A DNA stretch of 64,000 nucleotides from Tubulanus polymorphus (taxonomy: Eukaryota; Animalia; Nemertea), in contig NC_134027.1 of assembly GCF_964204645.1 (NCBI RefSeq), positions 12,742,485 to 12,806,484 on the forward strand, in the 5' to 3' direction. The notes beneath the pieces were generated by a model that was not told the origin of the DNA, ran no database searches, and saw only the letters and a list, made by a program, of their open reading frames with translations. The position numbers were made by a program, and so were the translations under genes. The first letter of the stretch is position 1; every line of letters begins with the position of its first letter. Below, in pieces: positions 1-10,694 of the stretch.

Positions 1-229
1 AATTTTCTTTAACTGTTTTAGGATCTAATATAATAAATTTATTATTTCTAGTAATATTTCTATCATAAGTTTGATTAAATTCATATGTTGGACAAAATAA
101 TACTATATTATCAAAATAGTTTTTATAAATAGTTTCTAATAAATTTAATATAAAATAAGTTTTTCCACAATTTGTTACGCCAGAAATTAACATATTATGA
201 GGTTCAAATATAATTAATTCCTTATTCAT
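1..229 (-). CDS. A32/FtsK-like packaging ATPase, N-terminal part (runs off the window)
   Basis: Manual translation MNKELIIFEPHNMLISGVTNCGKTYF contains Walker A (GxxxxGKT). Paralog of 3727-4206. Confidence 0.85.
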   Translation of the reverse strand, partial: MNKELIIFEPHNMLISGVTNCGKTYFILNLLETIYKNYFDNIVLFCPTYEFNQTYDRNITRNNKFIILDPKTVKEN

Positions 230-1353
230 TTATATATTTTTAATTTTACTTGATAATATCCATTCATTAAATTTATCTGGCCATCCAACCCATTTTACTA
301 AAGAATATTTTTTTCTTTTAACAGTTTTTGTTTTTAATACTTTTTCAATTTTATATTCTTGTTCTAGATTTTCAGTAGTTAAACTCAATTCTTCTTCATA
401 AAAATACCCATCAACTTCTTCACCATCTAAATCTTCTAATTTATAGACATATGGTTTTGTTGTTATTACCTTTTTTATTTTATATATTTTCCTAGTAAAA
501 TTTCGATCGTATCCTTTATCAAATATCTTTTTATATTTAGAAATTCTAACATTTTGACCAACTTTAAATTTAGGTTCACCAAAATCATCTACAAGAAATG
601 CCCCATATTAATTATTCCAAACAATTGCAGCATTTTCAGGTTTTCTAGCATCAATAGGTTTCATTCCAATAGAAGAATGATAAGAATTACTATATCCTTC
701 TATCAATTTTGGTAAAACGTCAATCCATTTAAAAGTATTATTTGCTGTAAAATATTTCCACATTCTTGTTCTTAATGTTCTATCAAATCGTTCAACAACT
801 GCAGCTTTTTTATCCGATTTTGTTGAAAAATATTTACTATTATGATTATCTAAGAGTTCATGAACAAGTGAATTATCAAATTCTTTTCCATCATCAAATT
901 GTATTTTTCCTGGCTTTAGTTTATCATCCGAAAGAAATTTTCTTAAAACATGTAATGTTTGTGCAGCATCTTTTCTATAAAGTGGTAAGCTCCATACAAA
1001 ACGATTAAAAATATCAATTATATTCAATATCCACCAAAAATCATCATTATCTTTCTTAACATTTTTCATATCAATTAAATCTCTTTACCACTGTTGATCT
1101 ACATAACTTACGATAGTTTTACGAGTTTTATATTTTCTAACAATTTTTTATGTGTTGTATATGTTGGTTGTTCTAACATAAATTGATTTATATCTTTATA
1201 TTTAACTAAATTTTGTGGGATTATCTTATCTAATTTATCTTGTTTTACTTGGCGCCATATATTTTTTACAGAAGAATAAGCAACCGAACTCTCAGGGTTG
1301 TAATATAGATTTCTTAAATATTGTTCTTTAGAATTAGTTTTTTTATCCCCCAT
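230..1353 (-). pseudogene. Retroviral-like (rve) integrase with C-terminal chromodomain, copy 1, disrupted
   Basis: IDIFNRF, IQFDDGKEF, VVERFDRTLR motifs; chromodomain-like KYSLVKWVGWPDKFNEWI near 260-310. Frameshift near 1108 and stop at 608. Confidence 0.9.
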
Positions 1354-1383
1354 TTATATATCGTTAATTTTAACTTTATATTT

Positions 1384-1922
1384 CTAATATTGAATACTAT
1401 CTAATTGAGAATTTACAATATTTAATTGCGCGTCAGATATAATATAAATGTGCATTTTGAAATTTAAACTTCCTTTTTTCTTTTTCATGAATAATTGTAT
1501 TCCATCTTTAGTGTTCTGTAGTTTTTTCCCAGAACCATGTAATAAATTATCTTCAGTTGTTCTGAAATCTAACCATAATGCATATTATTGCCGGTATAAT
1601 AATCAATTTGATTAATATTACAATTTTCAGATGATTTTACTTTTTCATTCATAAAATGTTTTCTAATTTCTGGCCATTGATCTATCATTCTCATTCCTTG
1701 ACAAAATATTTTACTTGCTATTCCTTCGATAGTTATTTCTACTTTTGTTATTTCAGGATTATAATAATTATCAACATTTATTGCGCCATTAGAATATGTT
1801 GCAATTGTAAAAAATATTAATACGCCTTAAATAGATCTTCTTGGGAAGTTAATATTCTCATTAATTATTTCATCATTTGCATTAATAGTTACAGTTTTAA
1901 ATTTAAACTCAATATAATCATA
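1384..1922 (-). pseudogene. Major capsid protein (double jelly-roll) 3' part, copy 1
   Basis: Near-identical to 9486-9950 (ALWLDFRTTEDN.LHGSGKKLQNTKDGIQL...SDAQLNIVNSQLDS). Ends at the copy 2 insertion site. Confidence 0.8.
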
Positions 1923-2391
1923 AGTAATAGGGGTAATGGGCTTTCAAGCCAAAGGTCGAAGGGTCGAGCTCATTAAAAAACAAAACATTAAAAGTAATTT
2001 AAAACTATAATATATTTTCATAACCGTGTGTATTTTATATTATAACTAAATATTTATTCTAAGATATTAATAATTTTAATTTTAAAAGCATATTGTATTA
2101 AATCAATTGGTCGCTCCACTTCGCTACCGCTCCGCTCCGCGACCAATTGATTTATTTACAATACACAAATTCATATAATCAAATATATTCAAATAATAAT
2201 AATTATTCTATTATTCAACTGAAATACACACGGTTATGAAAATATATTATAGTTTTAAATTACTTTTAATATTTGTTTTTAATGAACTCGACCATTCAAC
2301 CTTTAACCTGAAAGCCCATTACCCCTATTACTCTTAAAATATTCATGTAAATGAATAACATTTAAATTGACAGATTATTCAATATAAAAGT
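1923..2391. repeat. Left TIR (~469 bp); first 410 bp (1923-2332) form an imperfect palindrome
   Basis: Matches 26914-27382 directly and 22519-22875 in reverse complement. AGTAATAGGGGTAATGGGCTTTCA...TGAAAGCCCATTACCCCTATTACT; inner perfect stem 2099-2114/2139-2154. Confidence 0.95.
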
Positions 2392-2424
2392 GTAAGCTCT
2401 TATAGAATAGATATATAAATAGTT

Positions 2425-4206
2425 ATTTTATAAATTTATATTCATATGGAAATTGTAGTCTCAGTAATAATTTTGAACCTTTATTATTCTTTAATTTATT
2501 CATATATTCATCATGTAATTCAGTAGGTATAATTTGATTTTCTTCCAATGATTGTTGCATAGATTTTTGACGCCTTATAAAACGTTACCATTATGAAACC
2601 TAAACAATGTTAACCATTCAGCGTCATTTTACAAACGACAGCCGTAAATCGATGTGCAAAACGTCACAGGTCTATGTGTACACAATCAAGCTATTTGGCA
2701 AAATATTATTGACATAGACGTAGAATGGCTTCCTGTAATTATATAATGACCTATATTTGAACGTCGAAATGTTATATTGCATTGAATATCATTAGAAGAC
2801 GTATTGTAATAGTAAAGGATGTATGATTATATCAGAAGCGGCAGGCATAAATAGAAATGATAAGTAAATCGGATTATTCGGTTAAATGGCGGATGTATAC
2901 ACGATTTGGAAGTCTGATATAAAAGTCAGACCCTGACGTGGGCATGCCGGTGGAATGACGAAGCTATCTACGATGTGTGTAGGGCCGGCGTGAATTTCAT
3001 CAGCGGCTACAAGCGGTCAATATGAAAATGTGTAAACATATAATTTCAATATTCAAACGTTTTAGAAAATATGTTTGATATTAGGAGTATGCAGGTTTCG
3101 TGAGATTAGCAATTTATAATAGCATAGCTATCATATACGGCTCCGCGTCCTCTGATGGCATGTGTATTAGGTGACAATTCAATTCAATTCTTTATTGATC
3201 CTTATTACATTGAAATTTCGGGATAAAATTCCCAAATTCAATAAATAAAAATTTTAAAATAAATTAATACAACATACATGACACACGGGTAATTCATACA
3301 GAACAACATAAGCATGTTATTTTAAATGACAATGTCTACTTCAACCCACCCAGACTCTAGGATATCGAGTGACAGCCAAACCCGTGGCCCGGGCTGGCTG
3401 GCTAGGCCACACGATATGCTCGAAGTCATGATGAAGCAGACATCAGAAGAGCTCGTTCTTCAACCATGGAGGCAATGAAGTTGCAGACCAGCTTAGAGGC
3501 ATAAGTAAATGAAGTCAGTCGCAAGTTCGCGATCAATTATTGAGAATTTTCAATAAAAAAATTTAAACCACTACTAGAGTAGAAGACCCGCTGTATCATC
3601 TACCCAATCGCCAAATCTCATCATTCCCCAAATTTCTTAAAACTTCGATTTCAAATTTGCAATTCCACATTAGCTTAGCCCAGAAATTATACATTTTTTT
3701 CGCAGGCGTCAAATAATTTTCTAAAATTAATTTTCTTGTTTATCTTTGTTATAAAATAAAACTAGAAATCTTATATTCTCCCTAAAGTCTTTAATAATTG
3801 AATTATATTTTTGACTTAAAACCCATGTTGTTATCCCAAAATGTCTCCCAGAGAAAGCTAGATAACATAACTCACTTTCTCTCACTTTTAAATCATGTAA
3901 ATTTGCGCAATCATCTATAATGAATAATGTATTTGATCCTTTATAAGTATTTATTGCTATTTTAATACAATTATCTAAATTTTCTTTTACTGTTTTAGGA
4001 TTCAATATAATAAACTTTTTCATCTTAACTATATCTCTATTATATGTTTTATTCATTTCATAAGTAGGACAGAATAATATTATATTATCAAAATGATTCT
4101 TATAAATAGTTTCTAACAAATCTAATATGAAATGTGTTTTACCACAATTGGTTACACCAGTAACTAACATATTATGCGGTTCAAATATAAATAAATCTTT
4201 ATTCAT
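2425..4206 (-). pseudogene. Packaging ATPase of copy 2, split by a ~1.17-kb insertion
   Basis: Walker A GVTNCGKT, Walker B FIIDD, GRHFGI motif in 3739-4206. Frame resumes near 2566 as KSMQQSLEENQ...LQFPYEYKFIK*. Confidence 0.9.
2569..3738. other. Unclassified insertion interrupting the ATPase
   Basis: Higher GC than the viral flanks and no long ORF. Removing it restores FYNKDK-KSMQQ. Short inverted repeat TTTGACGCCT (~2566) / AGGCGTCAAA (~3704). Confidence 0.6.
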
Positions 4207-5310
4207 TTATTCTTTTAATTTTACTAGATAAAATCCATTCATTAAATTTATCATCATATCCTTTATATTTCACCAAAGAATACTTTTTCCTTTAAGAGTT
4301 TTTGTTTTCAATACTTTTTCTATTTTGTATTCTATTTCATCTGGGTTTGGCACAAGTGATAATTCTTGTTCATAGAAATAACCTAATATTTCTTCATCTT
4401 TTAGATCTTCTTATTTATAAACAAATGGTTTAGTTAATATTATCTTTTTAATCTTGAATATTTCTTCAGTAAAATTTGGAGTATAACCTTTATAAAAGGT
4501 TTTTCTTTATTTAGATATTCTAACGTGTTGTCCTATTTTGAATTTAGGTTCTCCAAAATCATGTGTAACAAATGCTCCATATAAATTATTCCAAACTATT
4601 TCTGAATTATCTTCTTTTCTAGCTCGTATAGGTTTCATATTTATAGAACTATGTTTAGAATTATTATAACCTTTCACTAAATCATCTCATACATCGATAT
4701 ATTTATATGTTTCATTAGCAGTAAAATATTTCCACATTCTAGTTTTCAATGTTTTATTAAATCTTTCTATAATAGATGCTTTTTTATCTGAGTGTGTTGA
4801 AAAATAATCTACATCGTTATCAGATGATAGTTTTTTTAAATGTTTGTTATAGAATTCCTTACCTTCATCAAATTGTATCTTATCTGGAATAGCTTCTTTA
4901 AATATAGATTTAAAAGCATTTGTTACTTCTATTCCAGTTTTATTTTTGATTGGAATTGACCATGCGTATCTACTGAATATGTCTATAACATTTAATATCC
5001 AGAAATATCCTTTGTTGTATTCCTCTAAGTTCTTCATGTCAATTAAATCTGCTTGCCATTGTTGATCGATATATGAAACCATAACTTTTCTTGTTAAATA
5101 AGTTTTATCCATTTTCTTGTGTATTTGATATGTTGGTTGATTTTGTAACTATGATTTTAATTCACTATATTTTATATCACCATGTGGGCGCCGTACGGCA
5201 CCATTTTCATTATCAGATTTAATTTTATTCCATAATTCTGAAACGTTAGAATATGATACTTCACTTTCTGGGTTATAATATAAATCTCTTAAATATTGTT
5301 CTTTTTTCAT
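4207..5310 (-). pseudogene. rve integrase plus chromodomain, copy 2
   Basis: DDE triad in WQADLIDM, IQFDEGKEF, IIERFNKTLK; chromodomain-like KYSLVKYKGYDDKFNEWI. Premature stops near 5150 and at 4687, plus frameshifts. Confidence 0.92.
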
Positions 5311-5316
5311 CTTATT

Positions 5317-5685
5317 TTAATCCATTAATAATAATCTTGGTTTATTTTCAATGACTTTATCATTTGATTTATTTTCTGGTATAATAGGTTTATTGTCATT
5401 GGAATCATCTTTATCATCAGATTTGAATTTTGATTTATATACTACACCGGATAATATAATAACTGTTACTAATCCAATTGTAATATATAATTTATAATTA
5501 CTTCCAGCATTAGAAGAATCAGATGGATTATTATTTGAATCAATATCAGATAAAGTCTGTGATTCATTTATATCAGTTAATTTCTTTTTCTTAGCTTTTT
5601 TTAATTCTGCAGATCTTTTACCTAATTCTCTTGCCCATTTAATTTGTTTCTCGGATCTAGCGTTTTTCTTAACGCTATCACTCAT
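5317..5685 (-). CDS. Small basic protein with one predicted TM helix
   Basis: 122-aa ORF with TAAATG start, Lys/Arg-rich N-terminus and hydrophobic LYITIGLVTVIILSGVVY. Confidence 0.7.
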   Translation of the reverse strand: MSDSVKKNARSEKQIKWARELGKRSAELKKAKKKKLTDINESQTLSDIDSNNNPSDSSNAGSNYKLYITIGLVTVIILSGVVYKSKFKSDDKDDSNDNKPIIPENKSNDKVIENKPRLLLMD

Positions 5686-6286
5686 TTATTTTAGTTAATT
5701 TTTGTTCTGATTCATTTTTTGTTTCGACGTTTGGTTGTAGTACAGCGACATCTGTTTCGTTCTTACCTGATTTATATTCCATAGGTTTGATGTTCGAAAA
5801 TGTTATGACACCAGTAGAAATTAATGTCATAACCGATCCTAATTGAAATGAAGCATAACCAACCCATTTTTGTAATTCAGTCATAACTAAATAGTCATTT
5901 TTCAAATCACTATATAATTTATTTTCATCATCAATTGGTATTAACTGGTTACATAACTTAGAATAACATTTGACAATGCCATCTGAAATAGAATCATTTA
6001 TTCTAGCTAATCTAGCTTCTTCATAAATCTTAAAATATTTTATTACTTTATCGGGTTTCATAGCATCTAGTTCTTGATAAGTTAAAATTTTTCCTAAGAA
6101 ATCCTTAGATTTCCAGCCAGCAATTAATAATTGAAGATGATGCTTACAATATAAATAGTATTCATAATCAATATTGTTATTAACTTGAATAGAATTAGAA
6201 ACAACTGTATCTTTATTATCACTTATGCCCAAATCATCTAATGTTTTTTCAATATCAATACTATTCTTATTAGATTTCTTTGACAT
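5678..6286 (-). CDS. Polinton hypothetical protein (202 aa)
   Basis: TAAATG start; truncated paralog at 28926; hydrophobic segment near the C-terminus. Confidence 0.75.
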   Translation of the reverse strand: MSKKSNKNSIDIEKTLDDLGISDNKDTVVSNSIQVNNNIDYEYYLYCKHHLQLLIAGWKSKDFLGKILTYQELDAMKPDKVIKYFKIYEEARLARINDSISDGIVKCYSKLCNQLIPIDDENKLYSDLKNDYLVMTELQKWVGYASFQLGSVMTLISTGVITFSNIKPMEYKSGKNETDVAVLQPNVETKNESEQKLTKINE

Positions 6287-6689
6287 TTATATTAGAGAAA
6301 TTTAATAAGAAAAATATTATAAGTATTCTGATACTAGATAGCTAAAGTTAAAGAATTCTAGTATTGACTACTAATACTAGCTATTTGAATTTAAAGAATT
6401 TCTATTTTAATCTATTCAAAATATAAAGTATTCTCTTTTGAAAAGAAAGTATTAAAAATATAATAGAATTCACTAGCTAGTTGAAGTTATTGTTTTTTAA
6501 ATACTTCTTATTTAAATTAGGATTTAGATTATCTCACTACTATTGTTTATCTATAGGAGCAGTAATTACAACTGTCCAGATAAGTCATTTCGGATTCTTG
6601 ATAATAAATCCTAAAACTGAAAATAAATTCAAAGAAACGACTGGTAGAAATACCATTTCATAAACTCATATATTTTATTCTACAATCAT

Positions 6690-7430
6690 TATCGATTTCC
6701 ACATTCCAAGCCGCGCATTGAATGCGCGGTAAGGTATGCGTGGAATGCAGGAATCAATAAAAGTACAATACAACATCTGTCACTGTGTGTCATTAACAAC
6801 AGCTTAATGACGCAATTGAAATTCCGACAAACGTAATGCATTGGAAGGCTATACAGTATGGCTAAACTGCTACATGTCTCATGAGTTGAAATATCCATAA
6901 TGTCTGATTCCACATCCATATATCTTCACTTTCTTGATTCAATGGTCTTCATTTTGTTATCTAAAAGATAAATATCTAGCGTAGAATAAAACTAACTTGA
7001 AGTTGTAGTTGTAAAATATTAATTACAGCACTTAAACATGACCATTTTGTGGCGCATCTTACCAGGATAAGTTTTACATGTTTAACGTTTCCCGGCGCTT
7101 AATAACAACAAAAACAGTACTTACATTTATAACTGTAAATTCCTAAAATTGTGTTTATAGAGAGAATATCCTATACGTTCCTATGCTTATGTGCTGCGCG
7201 TTTATAACTGCCAGTTATTCACTAGCTAAACACTGTCTGGTGCAACAGATGTTCCTTTGTAATGTTATTGATTAATCCTTTTCAACTGAAATAGAACATT
7301 CGATCAATATTCAAATGAGGTACACCCTATTCAACTGAATATAACGTGCGACAGATGCTTTTGTAAACAACCTAATACAATTACATACAGGCTGTTTGAC
7401 ATAGATCGAGAGTAACCGGTTTTCTAAGCG
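6690..7430. other. Probable non-viral insertion between the HNH gene and the 202-aa gene
   Basis: GC content rises; the segment is absent from the equivalent interval of copy 3 (28668-28925); the HNH C-terminus diverges from its paralog at this point. Boundaries approximate. Confidence 0.4.
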
Positions 7431-7431
7431 T

Positions 7432-8085
7432 TTAACATTCAACGTATTTTTCATTATGTGTTGAATTCCATAATTCAACAAATGTCTTTGCTTTATCCAG
7501 TTGATCTAAATATAACTGTAAATCTAGTTTATTAGATTTAATTATGTTTTCCTTCTTTTCTAAAGGCCTTAAATTTTTCCAACTCCAAATAAGTTTTTTA
7601 TTGTATTCATCATTCATGTTAAATTTAGATATTGGTAACACATGATCAATATGAAAGTATTCACCATAATTATCTATATTCATTTTATCATCGAATTGAT
7701 ATATTATCCATGATATGAAAAATTCATCTGTACAACCCAATAACTTAGATAGTGTTTCTGAATGTGTTTCTTTGTTGAATAATTGTGTTAATCTAGATCT
7801 TAAGCATTGTTTCAATCTAAAATTAAGATCAGTTTGATATCTTTCTCTCATATATTCTGTCATATAATCATTATAAGCTTCTCTATTATCTTCTCTGTAT
7901 TGTTTGGTATATAGTTTAGTACAAGTTTTACAGCAATATTGAAAACCATCTTTGCTAATCTTACGCTTATTAGATTCTGTTATAGCTAATTTATCTAATT
8001 CACATTTAGAACACTTCTTGTAATATATATTTATAACACCAGTGTTATTTGTAATATTGATAATTTGTGGTTGTTCTGGTTCCAT
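7432..8085 (-). CDS. HNH-family endonuclease with N-terminal CxxC...CxxC zinc finger (NCLDV/phage type)
   Basis: KKCSKC...CKTC; FHIDHVLPISKF...WKNLRPLEKKENIIKSNK. Paralog at 27885-28667. Confidence 0.85.
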   Translation of the reverse strand: MEPEQPQIINITNNTGVINIYYKKCSKCELDKLAITESNKRKISKDGFQYCCKTCTKLYTKQYREDNREAYNDYMTEYMRERYQTDLNFRLKQCLRSRLTQLFNKETHSETLSKLLGCTDEFFISWIIYQFDDKMNIDNYGEYFHIDHVLPISKFNMNDEYNKKLIWSWKNLRPLEKKENIIKSNKLDLQLYLDQLDKAKTFVELWNSTHNEKYVEC

Positions 8086-8250
8086 TTATTATACATATTT
8101 TTTACTAAATTGATTTTAGAAGTTATTCATTTATATGTTATTCATGAATATATATGAATTATTTCAATAAAACTTTACTAACACTTTTAATGTTTAAAAA
8201 TCTAACTCATACAAATATAAATATTGAAATATGTTTAAAATATACCTATG

Positions 8251-8600
8251 TATTAGATACCCTATTAGACACCCTATTAGATACCCTAATACCTGATACC
8301 CTATTAGATACCTTAAATACTTAAAACCCCCTTTTTAAAAATAAATATTATTTATACAATTTTCAACCAATTTATTTTTATTTTTTCAACTAATATATGA
8401 ATAAGTTTGAAAATAATAAAGGTTATTTATTATTACTGAGGTTTCAATTTCCATATGAATATAAGTTTATAAAATAAGATATTTTATGTATTGAATTGTA
8501 TTAGATTGTATTAGATATGTATTAGATACCTTAAATACTTAAAACCCCCTTTTTTATTTACTATTATTTTATACAATTTTCAACCAATATTATTATTTGT
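8251..8600. repeat. Intergenic 12-bp TATTAGATACCC repeats and a ~90-bp direct duplication flanking an inverted ATPase 3' fragment
   Basis: About five TATTAGATACC(C) units at 8251-8312. TTAGATACCTTAAATACTTAAAACCCCCTTTTT occurs at ~8304 and ~8522. 8394-8477 (+) reads YMNKFENNKGYLLLLRFQFPYEYKFIK*. Confidence 0.75.
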
Positions 8601-8619
8601 GTTAAATATAATTAATATT

Positions 8620-9453
8620 TTAATCACTTTCACTATCAGACCCTAACAATTTATTCAAATTCTCTACCGATTTTTCTTCTTCAAATTCTTTATTATTTTT
8701 ATACTTTTTCATCCTTTCTACCGCATCATCAATAGTTTCTTCTTTATGTTTCATAGAATCTTTATTATCAATATGCTTATCTGTAACTATATCACCATGT
8801 GGGTGCCATACGGCACCATTTTCATTATTATCTTTATTAGTGTTTGCTCCTAATATTTCATTTACAGTGTTTGATTCTAATATTTTATAAGCATCGGTTA
8901 AATCTAATTCATCTTTATTAGGTGTTGCTAATAATAAATCTTCATATATCTTTTCACCATTTACTTTTTTATTTGAAACAAACTTTGTAACATATCTAAA
9001 TGGGTGTTCTAAAAATTCTCTTTTACCAACACGTTCTATAACATTATTTATATGTACCTTTGTATTCATATGTTTATTCAAATTTGATGGAGCGTTTGAA
9101 AATTCACCTTTACAATAATCACAATAATTTCTATTTTCACTAACATTTAATATTATTGCATTATTTGATGTAGAAGGTATTACATTATTAGATGTAGAAG
9201 GTATTAAATTATTAGATGTAGAAGGTATTACATTATTAGATGTAGAAGGTATTACATTATTATCAATTACATTACTTAAATTATCAACAACACCACTTTT
9301 ATTATTATCGATTTCTATTAGTTTAGTTTTATAAATTTTGAAAATAGGATCAAATATCAAAGCTATATTACAAGGTATTACATAATATAAACCATCATTA
9401 TTTTCATGTGTATCGATGTATGGAATATGTTTATATACTTTACCTCCTTCCAC
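8620..9453 (-). CDS. Hypothetical protein with 8-aa repeats and a C2H2-like zinc finger
   Basis: (NN[V/L]IPSTS)x4 from 24-bp tandem repeats; YCDYCKGEFSNAPSNLNKHMNTKVH. Start context TAAGTG looks like a mutated TAAATG. Confidence 0.7.
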   Translation of the reverse strand: MEGGKVYKHIPYIDTHENNDGLYYVIPCNIALIFDPIFKIYKTKLIEIDNNKSGVVDNLSNVIDNNVIPSTSNNVIPSTSNNLIPSTSNNVIPSTSNNAIILNVSENRNYCDYCKGEFSNAPSNLNKHMNTKVHINNVIERVGKREFLEHPFRYVTKFVSNKKVNGEKIYEDLLLATPNKDELDLTDAYKILESNTVNEILGANTNKDNNENGAVWHPHGDIVTDKHIDNKDSMKHKEETIDDAVERMKKYKNNKEFEEEKSVENLNKLLGSDSESD

Positions 9454-9485
9454 TTATTATATAAATATTTATTAAAGTTAAAATT

Positions 9486-10662
9486 TTAATACATAACACT
9501 ATCTAATTGTGAATTTACAATATTTAATTGTGCGTCAGATATAATATAAATGTGCATTTTGAAATTTTTGATTCCTTTATTCTTTGTCATGAATAATTGT
9601 ATTCCATCTTTAGTGTTCTGTAGTTTTTTTCCAGAACCATGTAATGAATTATCCTCTGTTGTTCTAAAATCTAACCATAATGCGTATTTATTACCGGTAT
9701 AATAATCAATTTGATTAATGTTACAATTTTCAGATGATTTCACTTTTTCATTCATAAAATGTTTTCTAATTTCTGGCCACTGATCATTCATTCTCATTCC
9801 TTGACAAAATATTTTATTTGCTATTCCTTCGATAGTTATTTCTACTTTTGTTATATACCTTTAATAGATCTTCTTGGGAAGTTAATATTCTCATTAATTA
9901 TTTCATCATTTGCATTTATAGTTACAGTTTTAAATTTATCAATATAATCATATAATAATGAAAATCCTTGATTGTATTTAGTTTGAATTATACTTGAAAT
10001 ATTTTCATCAGTTACTGTGTCATATTCTAAACATATATTTGATAATTTATAACTCATATCTTTATTAACGCTAGATATTACAATTTCATTTACAGGAGCA
10101 AATGTTATCTCAAATATAACATCTTCTTGAATTGCGTATTTATATAAAGGTGCATTATTATTTATCAATTCAAAGTCTAATGGAATTTTATATTTACTTC
10201 CATATATACTTTTTATCAATTTATCTACAGCATTAGTTAATATTGCATTATGCGCTTCTGATCTTAATTTATTTTGGTTTTCTGATTGGATTCCTTGAAA
10301 TATCATATTATTTCTATTTTCTTTTGTTAACCATAAATCTTTATAATGCATAAATAAATTATAATCATCTAATGAGAAAACTGTTTCTGGACCAATCTTT
10401 ATAGTTAATTTTTTAATCAAATATCTTCCAACATTATCAACAACATAATTATTATTATTACCGATTACTTTTATATCGGCTGATAAATAAATACTATTTG
10501 GAACATAAAAGTATTTTGTGTTAATCTCGGAATTCTAACATATAAAGTTTCATCGGGATTAATATTAGAAGGGTTATGAGTAATTATATGATGAGATCTT
10601 TCTGCTTTAATAGCATTAGATATTCTATGATTCTTAGAAGGATTGATATAACTCCCACTCAT
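9486..10662 (-). pseudogene. Major capsid protein (double jelly-roll), copy 2, frameshifted
   Basis: Three consecutive ORFs (10471-10662, 9851-10420, 9486-9797) join to roughly 390 aa with beta-rich motifs (NPSNINPDETLYVRIP, YKLSNICLEYD, INFPRRSIKGI, ALWLDFR). Size and position fit a Polinton MCP. Confidence 0.8.
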
Positions 10663-10694
10663 TTATTTAACAAAAAAATTAATTATTTATTTTT

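Noticed and set aside
1923-2332. Stand-alone 410-bp MITE
   Set aside because: No TSD around the palindrome itself; the TSD pairs 1923 with 22875, and homology between ends extends to 2391.
2569-3738. Spliceosomal intron in the ATPase
   Set aside because: No GT...AG at the junctions on the coding (minus) strand.
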